Origin: Acinetobacter phage Presley
Direction: 5' to 3' (one strand)
DNA: 64,000 nucleotides
Sequence record: KF669658.1
Shown here: positions 36,801-44,965 of the stretch, one piece after another
How the letters are laid out: each line of letters starts with the position of its first letter
How positions within the stretch are numbered: the stretch's first letter is position 1
The notes under the pieces: generated by a model
Told to the model about the DNA's origin: nothing
Database searches by the model: none
The model's input: only the letters and a program-made list of their open reading frames with translations
Position numbers and translations under genes: made by a program

Positions 36801-37217
36801 ATCGTATTGGGCTTTACGATCTACAACCTCTTTATCAATCTTACGATTAAGGTTTAGTTCAATACTTGCAAATGAAGTTTCAGCCATAGAAATACGATGA
36901 CGTAGTTCTGTGATATCTATTTCATGTTCAGCAACCAATGATGTAATACGTGTACTGAAATCAATAGTGAATTCAGTAAGATTACCATTTAGTAATTCAT
37001 ATAACTGTTGTTGACGCAAATCCCCTGCTTCACGGTCAATTACTTCTTGTGACAGACCTGATGCATTTACGTGTGTATTATTCTCTACCGCTTTAACACT
37101 ATTGGATACTGCTTCATCCCCTGCAGTTCGCATAGTGTTTGCATCTTCAATGGCTTCCCATATCCGAGCATGATCGCCATCCAGTAAGGATTGGTTAATT
37201 TGATCTAAGTCACTCAT
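30816..37217 (-). CDS. giant multi-module tail fibre / host-recognition protein (2133 aa)
   Basis: Long heptad-like coiled-coil segments, a fibre-like 'TIGTAHIADASITNAKITTLDAGKITSGYIDAARIRAGSISADKMTLG' segment, and at least three repeated beta-sandwich-like modules ending '...V[KL]xRG...W'; SD 'GAGGTG'. Confidence 0.6.
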   Translation of the reverse strand: MSDLDQINQSLLDGDHARIWEAIEDANTMRTAGDEAVSNSVKAVENNTHVNASGLSQEVIDREAGDLRQQQLYELLNGNLTEFTIDFSTRITSLVAEHEIDITELRHRISMAETSFASIELNLNRKIDKEVVDRKAQYDEINERVKNYEHMLSDITMDSAQITMDNGEIQFGAWTILSQARQWDLEILRQFKNYKDQNQQTVDDALKDFQDRLPNEKDIIDKAIEQLSSAPVIQELDKLLAGNIEDIDQLQKDLLAQVKKQQEDAINLANNTAESIRVSQAEMVQRILTESTERIEAIQREARIRQAQLLQEAADRSAEIEEKLTDVWASIDEETQERLKQIDLLKDGLTQEIQHRIDGDTSITNAFDNYKASTDGTLANVQRSIEVVAAESASTANAVTVLDGRVNTLDTDTQQAITNSALALDKANIAIDANNVTADKVAAVEADMANAKLDINANAKALQDMSAELKTVGDEVTSMSGILTNVQTDLNNAENTIATHGQAIDGLKITSKQNTDEIATIASSITDIKADINTIQGDMTNKADAKALADLTIQVIQNSDGINSLGGRVNTLENSVVQIGKDIANKADASYVETIDNKVTVLKDSVDSNTADIVTIRNSVTQAEKDIAKKADTTYVDTINNQVTINKEAIKAQQDKLVSLDASINQATNAILINGGSDLTNDLTRNYNTPGYLGKTESTTASNTNYIVMGNNSGTDNIWVHSSRFLLFDPKRMYRLRVRFCVYETTAGTASFYFGVAAKNADKTAYVNSDGVLVPDGPASSFYMIYALQPPVGQWIEREFYLSGRSLSGVAAGNGTLDSPSQLMAHAAYIAPIFIANEGGTSTTLLDYMSLEIADDIKLVNGQAKIVESLTTQVNQNKDGITTLTNKTDILENSLNIVEGKVESKAETSAVQIIDNRVTQTEQDISSNTNMINSITNNLSVLSKSSQNILIKSNKVQPYVEGGYPHAYYELGEPWIIGEKYTLIYCAEHRRESRDQTTVLVPYAGGGWEGIVSAAFPVNGDKQIIKGTFIVGQHASEQAVNFYLLNHASGVSDNTVATVYWAVLVRGEFGSATNWFPSAYDYMRDWTAQSDVNQTLSSEINLVDGRVTNVNNSVTTLAGRVGTVEGDLLKKADSSALVGLQTKQDVDNAIALSNTKLTASLYSGNMNLLKESALDDYNHGAWIGNNGFTALIKKEEWPNIAWPPNGRKAMWQINGSAGAGMYQRVSGKFKAGEPLTCSIWAYGDNGTEVLSLMTEGVRLIEPDSSYIKVTNEWKRYTVKGYAVDDVINLVMYLGPNMPSGTQILISEVKLERGLIGSDWSESAEETQARLDATAASIAENRAGVERVEGKITSTASDLTNLTGRVNTAEGNITGLFDATRLLAGRVEQTENNITINSQSINNVKATLATRVDYIISTFRNGSSAGPGPFGLIDSQGSRVGVMGRGLTIWVYGPDGKLYDTAIFDTYGQGVDAMLACANYINNNIPNEYYFTLVGNDNIGWFIPNNNYVVQLRNTIIANGGTGDYFDKWGNNRLPIFTSRKGAATGTGICHMFTSSVQNDWIKYPLSLIGGVPSGLAGAPSIDESKFATADALNTLNAEVKQNGRDIVTNANAITNVNASISNINNIVSIRDTRYDNFAPEYYRSTYPFRTVNEFKLTSTIGVNNLISSMYCNLQTITPWGDKSGGAVQQVATNGDGTEVAYRFSEGNPGSETWSVWTCPTKDILNSLGQKAEAKAVQDLSVYVGQVDNKASLNAQAVTQLQIDVGNNSASLVTQGRVVDGLAASYVVKTDVNGLVTSYGVYNQDGVGAFGVNADYFYVGKGTTATNGKKPFMVLTSPQTIGGTTYPAGTWIDVAMIANATIGTAHIADASITNAKITTLDAGKITSGYIDAARIRAGSISADKMTLGLTDNLWPNRYFDPNGPVLSNGKAVMIANITELGGYGMQLSGRDHIGNTNALIPVRPGDTIVIEYTAAFGDGPNRPLGVGLWVYDDWGQTGSAPWQYGIAEQLYQVQGGWYRYRRTFTVTNNGSGRLAKSGALYFQIEQSENEANPTYWNIGDVVVKRRFGGELLVDGSITATKLKVDSLSAISANLGTLVTYKDPSQPNKARMVMQGSLITVYDDNNVLRVRMGLW

Positions 37218-37268
37218 CTGAACACCTCATTAATTCTGTTTGGATTATAGGGTGTTTTTTAATTAAGT

Positions 37269-37312
37269 GGGCATTCCTTGCCCTTTAATGGTTTTATTTA
37301 TAGGAGTAAACC
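37269..37312 (+). promoter_or_regulatory. TCC-loop hairpin (GGGCA-tTCCt-TGCCC) + TTTAATGGTTTT + 'aggagtaaacc' RBS; candidate promoter cassette for the thyA block
   Basis: Near-identical in layout to 10169..10210; sits in a divergent intergenic region, so a terminator role alone is unlikely. Confidence 0.45.
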
Positions 37313-38290
37313 ATGACTAAGTATTTTCCCGGTAATAGACAGCTTGCTGACTATACGTATTTGCGCTTACTTGAAAAGCTTGTAACCAAAGCAGAAGCAG
37401 AAGGCCACACACCTGAACGTACTGGCACTGGTGCAACCAATATCTTTGGTGCACAAATGCGCTTTGACTTGGAATATGCATTTCCAATCTTGACAACTAA
37501 AGCAGTACATTGGCATTCAATTGTTACTGAATTACTTTGGTTCTTACGTGGTGACACTAATATCCAATACCTCATTCAAAACAATGTACGTATCTGGACT
37601 GATTGGCCTTTAAAAAAATTCAATGATTACCGTGCTCAATTAGGTAAACGTGAAGTATCTGCACAAGAGTTTGAAGAATGTATTCGTACAGACAACGACT
37701 TCGCTAAATCATGGGGTGACATTGGTAAAGCCTATGGGCATCAATGGCGTAACTTTGGTGAGGTATTAGAACCAATTAATCCAAAGTATCCAGATGAACA
37801 TATACATGTACATCAACGTGGCTTTGATCAGATTGATTGGGTTATTAATGAAATTAAAACTAACCCTACATCACGCCGTCTAATTGTCAATGGATGGAAT
37901 CCACATGAAGTAGATAAGGCAGCATTGCCACCTTGTCATACATTGTTCCAGTTCTTTGTAGAGAATGGAAAACTAAGCTGTCAGTTATATCAACGTAGTG
38001 CTGATTTCTTCTTAGGTGTTCCATTTAATATTGCAAGCTATGCGTTGCTTACACATATCGTAGCTGCAGAATGTGGATTAGAAGTTGGTGAATTTGTCTG
38101 GACTGGTGGTGTAGTTCACCTGTACAGTAATCACCTTGAGCAAGCTAAAAAACAATTAAGTCGTCCACCTGAAAATACTCCACGCCTAAAAGAGTTTGTA
38201 GCTTTGCCATTTGATGAATATAATCCCGCTGACTTTCAGCTAGAAAATTATCATCCAAGAGAAAAAATCCCTGCACCCGTAGCGGTGTAA
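37313..38290 (+). CDS. thyA: thymidylate synthase
   Basis: '[13 protein letters not shown]' active-site Cys motif, '[21 protein letters not shown]'. Confidence 0.85.
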   Translation: MTKYFPGNRQLADYTYLRLLEKLVTKAEAEGHTPERTGTGATNIFGAQMRFDLEYAFPILTTKAVHWHSIVTELLWFLRGDTNIQYLIQNNVRIWTDWPLKKFNDYRAQLGKREVSAQEFEECIRTDNDFAKSWGDIGKAYGHQWRNFGEVLEPINPKYPDEHIHVHQRGFDQIDWVINEIKTNPTSRRLIVNGWNPHEVDKAALPPCHTLFQFFVENGKLSCQLYQRSADFFLGVPFNIASYALLTHIVAAECGLEVGEFVWTGGVVHLYSNHLEQAKKQLSRPPENTPRLKEFVALPFDEYNPADFQLENYHPREKIPAPVAV

Positions 38291-38344
38291 TCCCTAAGCC
38301 ACGTACAAAGTTACGTGGTTTTATTTCATGCACTGAGGTAAATA

Positions 38345-39421
38345 ATGTCTACGTCATTAGACCTTCCAAACCCTAATCATAAATATCTAAGTCAAATCGA
38401 AACACCTTCTGAATCTCATGTATATCAATATCCATGGGCAGCAGAAATTGCTATCGATCAATCTAATGTATTCTGGCCTGCAGAAGAATTAGGTGTTGAA
38501 CATGATGTGGATGATTTCTTTTCTAAACTTAATCCGGCAGAACAACATGCCTTTATTTATTGGCAGAAAAAACTTACTAAATATGAAGACATCATTGGAG
38601 GTGATGATCTTTGGGGTGGTAAGGTAGCTCGACTATTCCCTCGCCGTGAAATTGACCGTGCTTGTGCGGTAATCTCAATGGTAGAGAAACATTCACATGG
38701 CCCATTCTATATGCTCACTAACCAAGTGATCGATCATGCTACAGATGGATTCTATAGTGAATGGCGTAATGACCCTGAACTTTACAAACATATTAAATAT
38801 GTAGTGCAGTGTTCAATGTCAAATAACCCGTTGGAGGTTATGCCTGCTTTAACTGGCTTAGAAGGTATTAATCTTTATTCAGCTTTTGGTTACTTCAAAT
38901 CATATAACTCACGTGGACATAACATCATGTCTCACTTTGTTAGTGGTATTGATGGTTCAGCCAAAGATGAAAACTTCCATGCCATGTTCTCAGCTAAACT
39001 ATTTCGTCAATGTAAGTATGAACGCATTCAGTTAGGCAACCATACACCAGAAGAAGAAGAACGTATTGAAGCACTGGTATACGAGATCATCACGCATCTT
39101 GTAGATCATGAAGATCGTTCTATTGATAATGCATTTGCATTAGATGGTATCGATGGGCATTACATTCGTACTTGTAGTAAAGCTGAACTAAAACACTTTG
39201 TACGTGACCGTGCAAACATCGTGCTTAACTATCTTGGTTATCCACCAATCTTTAATCAAGAGACTGGTGTGATCTCAAGCCTATTCTATAACAACGTTTC
39301 TCGTTATAAGCTTTCAGACTTCTTTGCAAATACTCAGTTACAGTACACACGTAATTGGGCACGTCACAAATTAGTATTTAACTCTAACGTATTAGTGGAA
39401 CAAGGTTATGAATCAGTTTGA
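38345..39421 (+). CDS. nrdB: ribonucleotide reductase small (beta) subunit, divergent
   Basis: 'VEKHSHGPFY' (E..H...Y iron/tyrosyl region), 'KDENFHAMF' (second E..H), 'LEGINLYSAF'; adjacent to the alpha subunit. Confidence 0.5.
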   Translation: MSTSLDLPNPNHKYLSQIETPSESHVYQYPWAAEIAIDQSNVFWPAEELGVEHDVDDFFSKLNPAEQHAFIYWQKKLTKYEDIIGGDDLWGGKVARLFPRREIDRACAVISMVEKHSHGPFYMLTNQVIDHATDGFYSEWRNDPELYKHIKYVVQCSMSNNPLEVMPALTGLEGINLYSAFGYFKSYNSRGHNIMSHFVSGIDGSAKDENFHAMFSAKLFRQCKYERIQLGNHTPEEEERIEALVYEIITHLVDHEDRSIDNAFALDGIDGHYIRTCSKAELKHFVRDRANIVLNYLGYPPIFNQETGVISSLFYNNVSRYKLSDFFANTQLQYTRNWARHKLVFNSNVLVEQGYESV

Positions 39422-41141
39422 ACAAGAAGCGCATGATAAAGCACTCGCTGCATACAAAGCTAATAGTGCAGAACGTAAAGAACTACAAGCAAAAGGTTGG
39501 GTACCGATGTGGTACACAACACAAGCATGGCAGATGTTTAAAGAACGTTATGCAGTAGATGGGGAACAAGCTGTACTTGGACGATTCAAAACAATCGCAC
39601 GTGTATTAGCTGCTTATTTACCTGTTAAGTATCAGAAAGAATATGAACAGAAATTCTTTGACTTGATGTGGAATCAAATCTTATCACCTGCTTCACCTGT
39701 GTTAGCCAATACAGGTACAGATCGTGGTATGAATGTATCTTGTTCAGGCCAATACGTAGAAGACTCTGTATGGGGATTCTATGAAGCCATGAAAGAAACA
39801 GCAATGTTATCTAAGTATGGCTTTGGGACCTCCGGTCACTTCTCTGACATTCGTTCACGTAAGTCACCTATCTCAACTGGTGGTACAGCCAATGGAGCTA
39901 AAGTTGTCATTGATGACTTCTTTACTGCAGCAGCCAAGATTAGTCATGGTGGTATGCGTAAAGGATCATTTGCAGCTTATATTGATATGGATTCAGGTGA
40001 TTATTACGAAGCACTTAACAGCTTACGTACAGATCACAAAGGTAAAAACTACGGTTGGATACTTAAAGATTCATTTATCAATAAGCTTAAAGCAGGTGAT
40101 AAAGAAGCTAACCAACGTTGGCAAGATGCATTACACGTTAAGCTATTAACAGGTAAGGGTTACTTATTCTTCCCTGATAAAGCTAACCGCCATCGTCCAC
40201 AAATGTATAAAGATCTTGGCCTTGATATTAAAGCCACGAATCTATGTACTGAAATCATGTTACATAGCAGTTCTGAATATACTTATAGCTGTATATTGTC
40301 ATCTATTAACTTATTCCATTGGGATAAGATTAAAGGTACAGATGCAATCTTTACATCTATGGTTTTCCTAGATTGCCTATGCTCAGACTTCATTGCTAAA
40401 TCAGAAGGGAAGAAAGGTCTTGAGAAGGTTCGTGAATTTACTATTAAAGGTCGCGCTGTCGGTTTGGGCACTATGGGCTTTGCTACTTATCTGCAAGATC
40501 ATATGGTTCCTTACGACAGTCTGGAAGCTTCATACTTAAACAAAGAAATGTTCAAGGCACTACATGATGAAACCCTCCGGGCTTCGCAGTGGCTTGCTCA
40601 AGAACTAGGGGAACCAGAATGGTGTAAAGGTTACGGAGTACGTAACACACACCGTACTGCCCAAGCACCGACTAAATCAACCGCTACTCTAATGGGTAGT
40701 ATGTCTGAATCAACCTCACAAGATCCGGGTTGGGTATATACACTAGGTAGCTCAGTAGGCGAACTAGAACGTATTCCACCAGTTATCTTACGACTAATGA
40801 AAGAACGCGGTGTTTATAACCAAGAAACACTAGATCGCATCATTGCTCACCTTGGCTCAGTCCAACAAGAAGACTGGTTATCAGATGAAGAGAAGTTAGT
40901 ATTCCGTAATGCATTTGAAACTGACCCTTGGGCTACATTCCGTATGGCCCGTCAACGTCAGAAGTATTTATGTCAAGGTCAATCAATTAACTTCTTCTTA
41001 GCTGAAACACCTGAATCAGAACAACAGATCTCAGATATCATGTCTGCATGTGTACTAGATGAAGAAATATTATCTCAGTATTACTTGTATACACGATCTG
41101 GTGTAACCATTAATGATGAGTGTATAGCTTGTGCTGCATAG
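39408..41141 (+). CDS. nrdA: ribonucleotide reductase large (alpha) subunit, no ATP cone
   Basis: 'NLCTEI' active-site motif, 'SCILSSINL' loop Cys, C-terminal Cys pair 'ECIACAA'. Confidence 0.7.
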   Translation: MNQFEQEAHDKALAAYKANSAERKELQAKGWVPMWYTTQAWQMFKERYAVDGEQAVLGRFKTIARVLAAYLPVKYQKEYEQKFFDLMWNQILSPASPVLANTGTDRGMNVSCSGQYVEDSVWGFYEAMKETAMLSKYGFGTSGHFSDIRSRKSPISTGGTANGAKVVIDDFFTAAAKISHGGMRKGSFAAYIDMDSGDYYEALNSLRTDHKGKNYGWILKDSFINKLKAGDKEANQRWQDALHVKLLTGKGYLFFPDKANRHRPQMYKDLGLDIKATNLCTEIMLHSSSEYTYSCILSSINLFHWDKIKGTDAIFTSMVFLDCLCSDFIAKSEGKKGLEKVREFTIKGRAVGLGTMGFATYLQDHMVPYDSLEASYLNKEMFKALHDETLRASQWLAQELGEPEWCKGYGVRNTHRTAQAPTKSTATLMGSMSESTSQDPGWVYTLGSSVGELERIPPVILRLMKERGVYNQETLDRIIAHLGSVQQEDWLSDEEKLVFRNAFETDPWATFRMARQRQKYLCQGQSINFFLAETPESEQQISDIMSACVLDEEILSQYYLYTRSGVTINDECIACAA

Positions 41142-41160
41142 CTATCATAAATCAAACGTA

Positions 41161-41187
41161 AGGCCCCTATATGGGGCTTTTCTTTTT
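41161..41187 (+). terminator. intrinsic terminator (ggcccc-tatat-ggggct + ttttcttttt)
   Basis: read directly. Confidence 0.65.
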
Positions 41188-41252
41188 AGGGTATCCAAAT
41201 ATACCTATTTAATCTCAAACACGCTCTAATGAGCAATCAGGAAGAAATAGCC

Positions 41253-41780
41253 ATGTCTAAAACAGTATCTTTGTTATTCCATTGTGTAAACCCATTATGC
41301 CCTCACCGCTTTCATGTAGGTGAGTTCCCTGCAGAAGCAAGCATTCCAGATAAATTAATTGTTGGTCGTTTAGGTGCACGTGCTTTAGCTCGTCTGGATA
41401 AATTCAAAGATTCAGATAGCTACCAGAAAGCATTAGCAACCATTGGTAAAAAACATCAACGTGCTACATCTAAAGACGCTGTTACTGCAGGTGCAATTCC
41501 ATATATCGACCGTGAAAAAATTGCTGAATATCTACAAGATGAAAGCAAACCACATAGCGAAGAAGCGGATAACGCTTCAATTGAAAACCTGAATACTATT
41601 TCTGGTGTTGTCACAATGACTACAGAACAAGTCCGCAATCGTGAACTTGATGTTGTAGAATTCGTGGCTGATCCATCTTTACCACCACTCGATGCTGTAC
41701 GTGCACGGGTAGCTCACTATCAAAGTGAAACCCTACGTTTGGAAGCATTGCGTATTTCCTTAGACCTTAAAAACAAATAG
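41253..41780 (+). CDS. hypothetical protein (175 aa)
   Basis: The track ORF starts at 41229 without an SD; the ATG at 41253 has SD 'caggaagaaatagcc'. Confidence 0.45.
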   Translation: MSKTVSLLFHCVNPLCPHRFHVGEFPAEASIPDKLIVGRLGARALARLDKFKDSDSYQKALATIGKKHQRATSKDAVTAGAIPYIDREKIAEYLQDESKPHSEEADNASIENLNTISGVVTMTTEQVRNRELDVVEFVADPSLPPLDAVRARVAHYQSETLRLEALRISLDLKNK

Positions 41781-41787
41781 GTGATAT

Positions 41788-42762
41788 ATGCCGTACACGA
41801 ACACAGGCAATCTACCATTATCGGTAGCAGTCTTCTTGGCTACTGATAAGTATGATCATGATGATCAGGCAATCTCTGCTACAAAGTTATTAAAACCAAC
41901 TCGTCAATCTATTCTGGATTATCGTATTCCAGAAGATGAAAAGAATGTAGATCTCTTGAGCTTATCTGCATCACGTTACGGTACGGCAATTCATGATGCT
42001 ATTGAACAAGCTTGGCAAGATCCTACTAAAGCTTTATTAGAACTTGGATATAAACAATCCACGATTGATAAGATGCGTATCAACCCAACAGACGAAGAAC
42101 TTAAAGAACCGGGGATTATTCCTATCTTTATGGAACAACGTTGGGAACGTGAAGCCAATGGATACTATGTATCAGGTAAAGCTGACTTCGTAATCCAAGG
42201 CCAACTAGAAGACTTCAAAACATGTTCTACCTATAGTTATAAAGATCCTAAAAAGATTAAAGACTATATAGGACAAGGAAGTATTTATCGTTGGATTCGT
42301 CCTGACATCATCACGTCAGACACTATTCGTATCAATCAAATGTATATGGACTGGTCTGCAGGAAAACTTAAACAAGGTGGTGAGTACCCACCTCAAAAGA
42401 TCATGTCACTGGAATACCCGCTTTGGTCAATAGGTCAAACTGATCGCTTCATTAATAACAAGATTAAAGAACTTGTTCATTACATGGATGCGGATGAAGC
42501 AGATCTACCAGAGTGTAGTGATGAAGATCTATGGCGTTCTAAGACTGTCTATAAATATTACAAGAACCCTGAGAAAACCCAACGTAGTTCTGGCAACTTC
42601 GACACTATCGAAGAAGCACGTATTCGTCTTGCAGAAGATGGGCATGTAGGAATTATTCAGGAATTCAAAGGTAAAGCAAAAGCTTGTCGTTTCTGTAGCG
42701 CTATAAACCATTGCAGCCAGGCAAAGCGTTTATTAGATAACGATGAACTTGATTTAGGTTAG
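41788..42762 (+). CDS. PD-(D/E)XK nuclease, Cas4/RecB-like, with C-terminal Cys cluster
   Basis: 'GKADFVIQGQLEDFKT' (D...D/ExK), 'QGSIYRW' (QhxxY), 'CRFCSAINHC' (C-x2-C-x5-C). Confidence 0.55.
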   Translation: MPYTNTGNLPLSVAVFLATDKYDHDDQAISATKLLKPTRQSILDYRIPEDEKNVDLLSLSASRYGTAIHDAIEQAWQDPTKALLELGYKQSTIDKMRINPTDEELKEPGIIPIFMEQRWEREANGYYVSGKADFVIQGQLEDFKTCSTYSYKDPKKIKDYIGQGSIYRWIRPDIITSDTIRINQMYMDWSAGKLKQGGEYPPQKIMSLEYPLWSIGQTDRFINNKIKELVHYMDADEADLPECSDEDLWRSKTVYKYYKNPEKTQRSSGNFDTIEEARIRLAEDGHVGIIQEFKGKAKACRFCSAINHCSQAKRLLDNDELDLG

Positions 42763-42771
42763 GAGTGATCA

Positions 42772-44922
42772 ATGGATTTACGCCCATTTGATCGGATGAC
42801 TTATCATCCAGTCAGTGAACAAATCGTGACTATGCTAAGTGAGATTACACAGAATGAGAACCGTCACATGTTCCGTGTAATGCTTACTTATTATTTTGGG
42901 CAGTTAGCTGCTCAAATGCGTGCACACATTTCGGGATGGCAGAATAGCCGTATCCCAATCAACATTTATGCAATTAACTTATCAGAGTCTGGTACAGGTA
43001 AAGGCTTTACCATGAACAAGATGGAGAACGATATCTTATATCGTTTCCGTGACATGTTCTTGCAAGAGACTTTCCCTAACCAAGCTGAAACACATATCAG
43101 TGAACTGGCTAATGCACGCTTCTCTCGTAATCCAAACTTGGACCCAAACGAAGAAGAAGAACGCATGTGGGCAGAGTATGACAGTGTTGGACCATTACTA
43201 TGGTCATTTGATGATGCAACCCCTGCAGCCATTAAACAACTACGTCATAAGCTTCTACTTGCGAATGCAGGTGCCCTTAACTTACAGGTAGATGAGATTG
43301 GGGATAACCTAATTAAAGTATCTGATGCGTTTAAAACAATGCTTGAGTTATATGACACTGGACGTATCAAAGATAAGTTAGTGAAAAATACTTCTGAGAA
43401 TGGGCGATTTGTACCAATCGAAGGAAGTACACCTGCTAACGCTTTATTGTTTGGTGTATCGTCTGCATTACTTGATAGTGGTGAAACTGAACGCAAGTTC
43501 TATTCATTTTTATCATCTGGTTATGCACGGCGTTGTATCTTTGCCTATTCCAATGAAGCCAATAAAGCTTCTGGTAAAACTGCAGAAGAACTTGTGGACC
43601 AAATGTTCAACCAAGAACATGACAACTTCTCAGAAGAAATGGCTGAATACTTTGAAGGTCTAGCAGACATTGCAAATATGAACATGGATATTGAGATAGG
43701 CCGTAAGGAATGTCTATATCTAATGAAGTACAAGTTGCATTGTGAACAACGTGGGCGTAGTTACAAAGAACACCAAGCAACATTAAAAGCTGAAATGGAC
43801 CATCGTTACTTTAAGGTAATGAAGCTTGCAGCAGCTTATGCATTCATTGACTATACTGATCGAATTACCATTGATCATTTAGAAAATGCAATCAAGCTTG
43901 TTGAAGATTCAGGTGAAGACTTTAATCGTCTTATGACACCTGAACGTGGGTACATGAAGTTAGCCAAGTATCTATCAAGCTGTAGTACACCAGTTACCTT
44001 ATCTGATCTGGATGCAGAACTACCATGTTTCAAAGGTAGTAAGACAGCCAAGATGGAAATGATCGACTATGCAATTGCATGGGGCTATCAGAACAACATG
44101 GTTATCAAACGTTCATTCATTGATAGTATTGAATTCTTAAAAGGCGAAGCCTTACAGGAAACCAATCTTGATGAAATGTACTTAACAGTAAGTGACCACG
44201 TTGCTTATCGTTATGCAGATCAGGTAGTAAAGTTTGAAGAACTTGCAGAACTAGGTAGTCAAACTGGTTTACATTGGGCCAACCATTCTTTTAATGATGA
44301 ACATCGTTCACGTGCTAATGTATTGCCCGGTTTCAATCTCATTGTATTGGATATTGACGGTACTATGCCGTTGAGTACAGCAATGATGATCTTGGAAGAT
44401 ACAACAGCAATGTTCTATACAACCAAGCGTCATACGGAAGATGAAAACCGTTATCGCATTCTTATCCCGACAAGTCATATTTTAAATCTTGATCCAGAAG
44501 AATACGGCATCTTTATGGAAGCTGTAATGGATTCATTCCCATTTGAAATAGATGAATCGTGTAAAGAACCAGAAAAGAAATGGTTATCCAATGATGGTGA
44601 AGTTTACTTTACCGAAGGGAAGCTATTTGATGTATTGCCATTTATTCCACGTACGTCTCAGTTTGATAAACGTGTTGAACGTAACAAACAGTATGAAGAC
44701 TTTGACGGTCTACAGCGTTGGATTATGCAAAACACTGGTGACGGTAATCGTAATAAACAACTATTCCGTTATGCGATGGTATTGGCAGATGCTAACTATG
44801 GTTACGATGAAGTAGAAGAAGAAGTCATTAACTTGAATAACAAGTTAGTAGACAAACTCTCTGAAACTGAAATACGTACAACCATCATGAAGCAAGTAGC
44901 CAAGAAATGTAATCTTAAATAG
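42772..44922 (+). CDS. putative DNA primase / prim-pol-like replication protein (716 aa)
   Basis: 'FNLIVLDIDGT' fits the AEP primase hhhDhD motif; 'SESGTGKGFT' P-loop-like; position matches the N4 primase region. Confidence 0.4.
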   Translation: MDLRPFDRMTYHPVSEQIVTMLSEITQNENRHMFRVMLTYYFGQLAAQMRAHISGWQNSRIPINIYAINLSESGTGKGFTMNKMENDILYRFRDMFLQETFPNQAETHISELANARFSRNPNLDPNEEEERMWAEYDSVGPLLWSFDDATPAAIKQLRHKLLLANAGALNLQVDEIGDNLIKVSDAFKTMLELYDTGRIKDKLVKNTSENGRFVPIEGSTPANALLFGVSSALLDSGETERKFYSFLSSGYARRCIFAYSNEANKASGKTAEELVDQMFNQEHDNFSEEMAEYFEGLADIANMNMDIEIGRKECLYLMKYKLHCEQRGRSYKEHQATLKAEMDHRYFKVMKLAAAYAFIDYTDRITIDHLENAIKLVEDSGEDFNRLMTPERGYMKLAKYLSSCSTPVTLSDLDAELPCFKGSKTAKMEMIDYAIAWGYQNNMVIKRSFIDSIEFLKGEALQETNLDEMYLTVSDHVAYRYADQVVKFEELAELGSQTGLHWANHSFNDEHRSRANVLPGFNLIVLDIDGTMPLSTAMMILEDTTAMFYTTKRHTEDENRYRILIPTSHILNLDPEEYGIFMEAVMDSFPFEIDESCKEPEKKWLSNDGEVYFTEGKLFDVLPFIPRTSQFDKRVERNKQYEDFDGLQRWIMQNTGDGNRNKQLFRYAMVLADANYGYDEVEEEVINLNNKLVDKLSETEIRTTIMKQVAKKCNLK

Positions 44923-44923
44923 T

Positions 44924-44938
44924 GGGCGTTCCTCGCCC
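44924..44938 (+). promoter_or_regulatory. TCC-loop hairpin (GGGCG-tTCCt-CGCCC) upstream of 'tataggagctagtac' RBS
   Basis: Same stem/loop architecture as 37269..37283. Confidence 0.4.
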
Positions 44939-44965
44939 TCTTGCGATTTCTATAGGAGCTAGTAC

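Noticed and set aside
39817-40149. 110-aa plus-strand ORF in another frame inside the nrdA gene, and similar frame-shifted ORFs inside the primase gene (43049..43291, 43400..43663, 44552..44815)
   Set aside because: They lie inside clearly coding longer ORFs whose frames carry conserved enzyme motifs.
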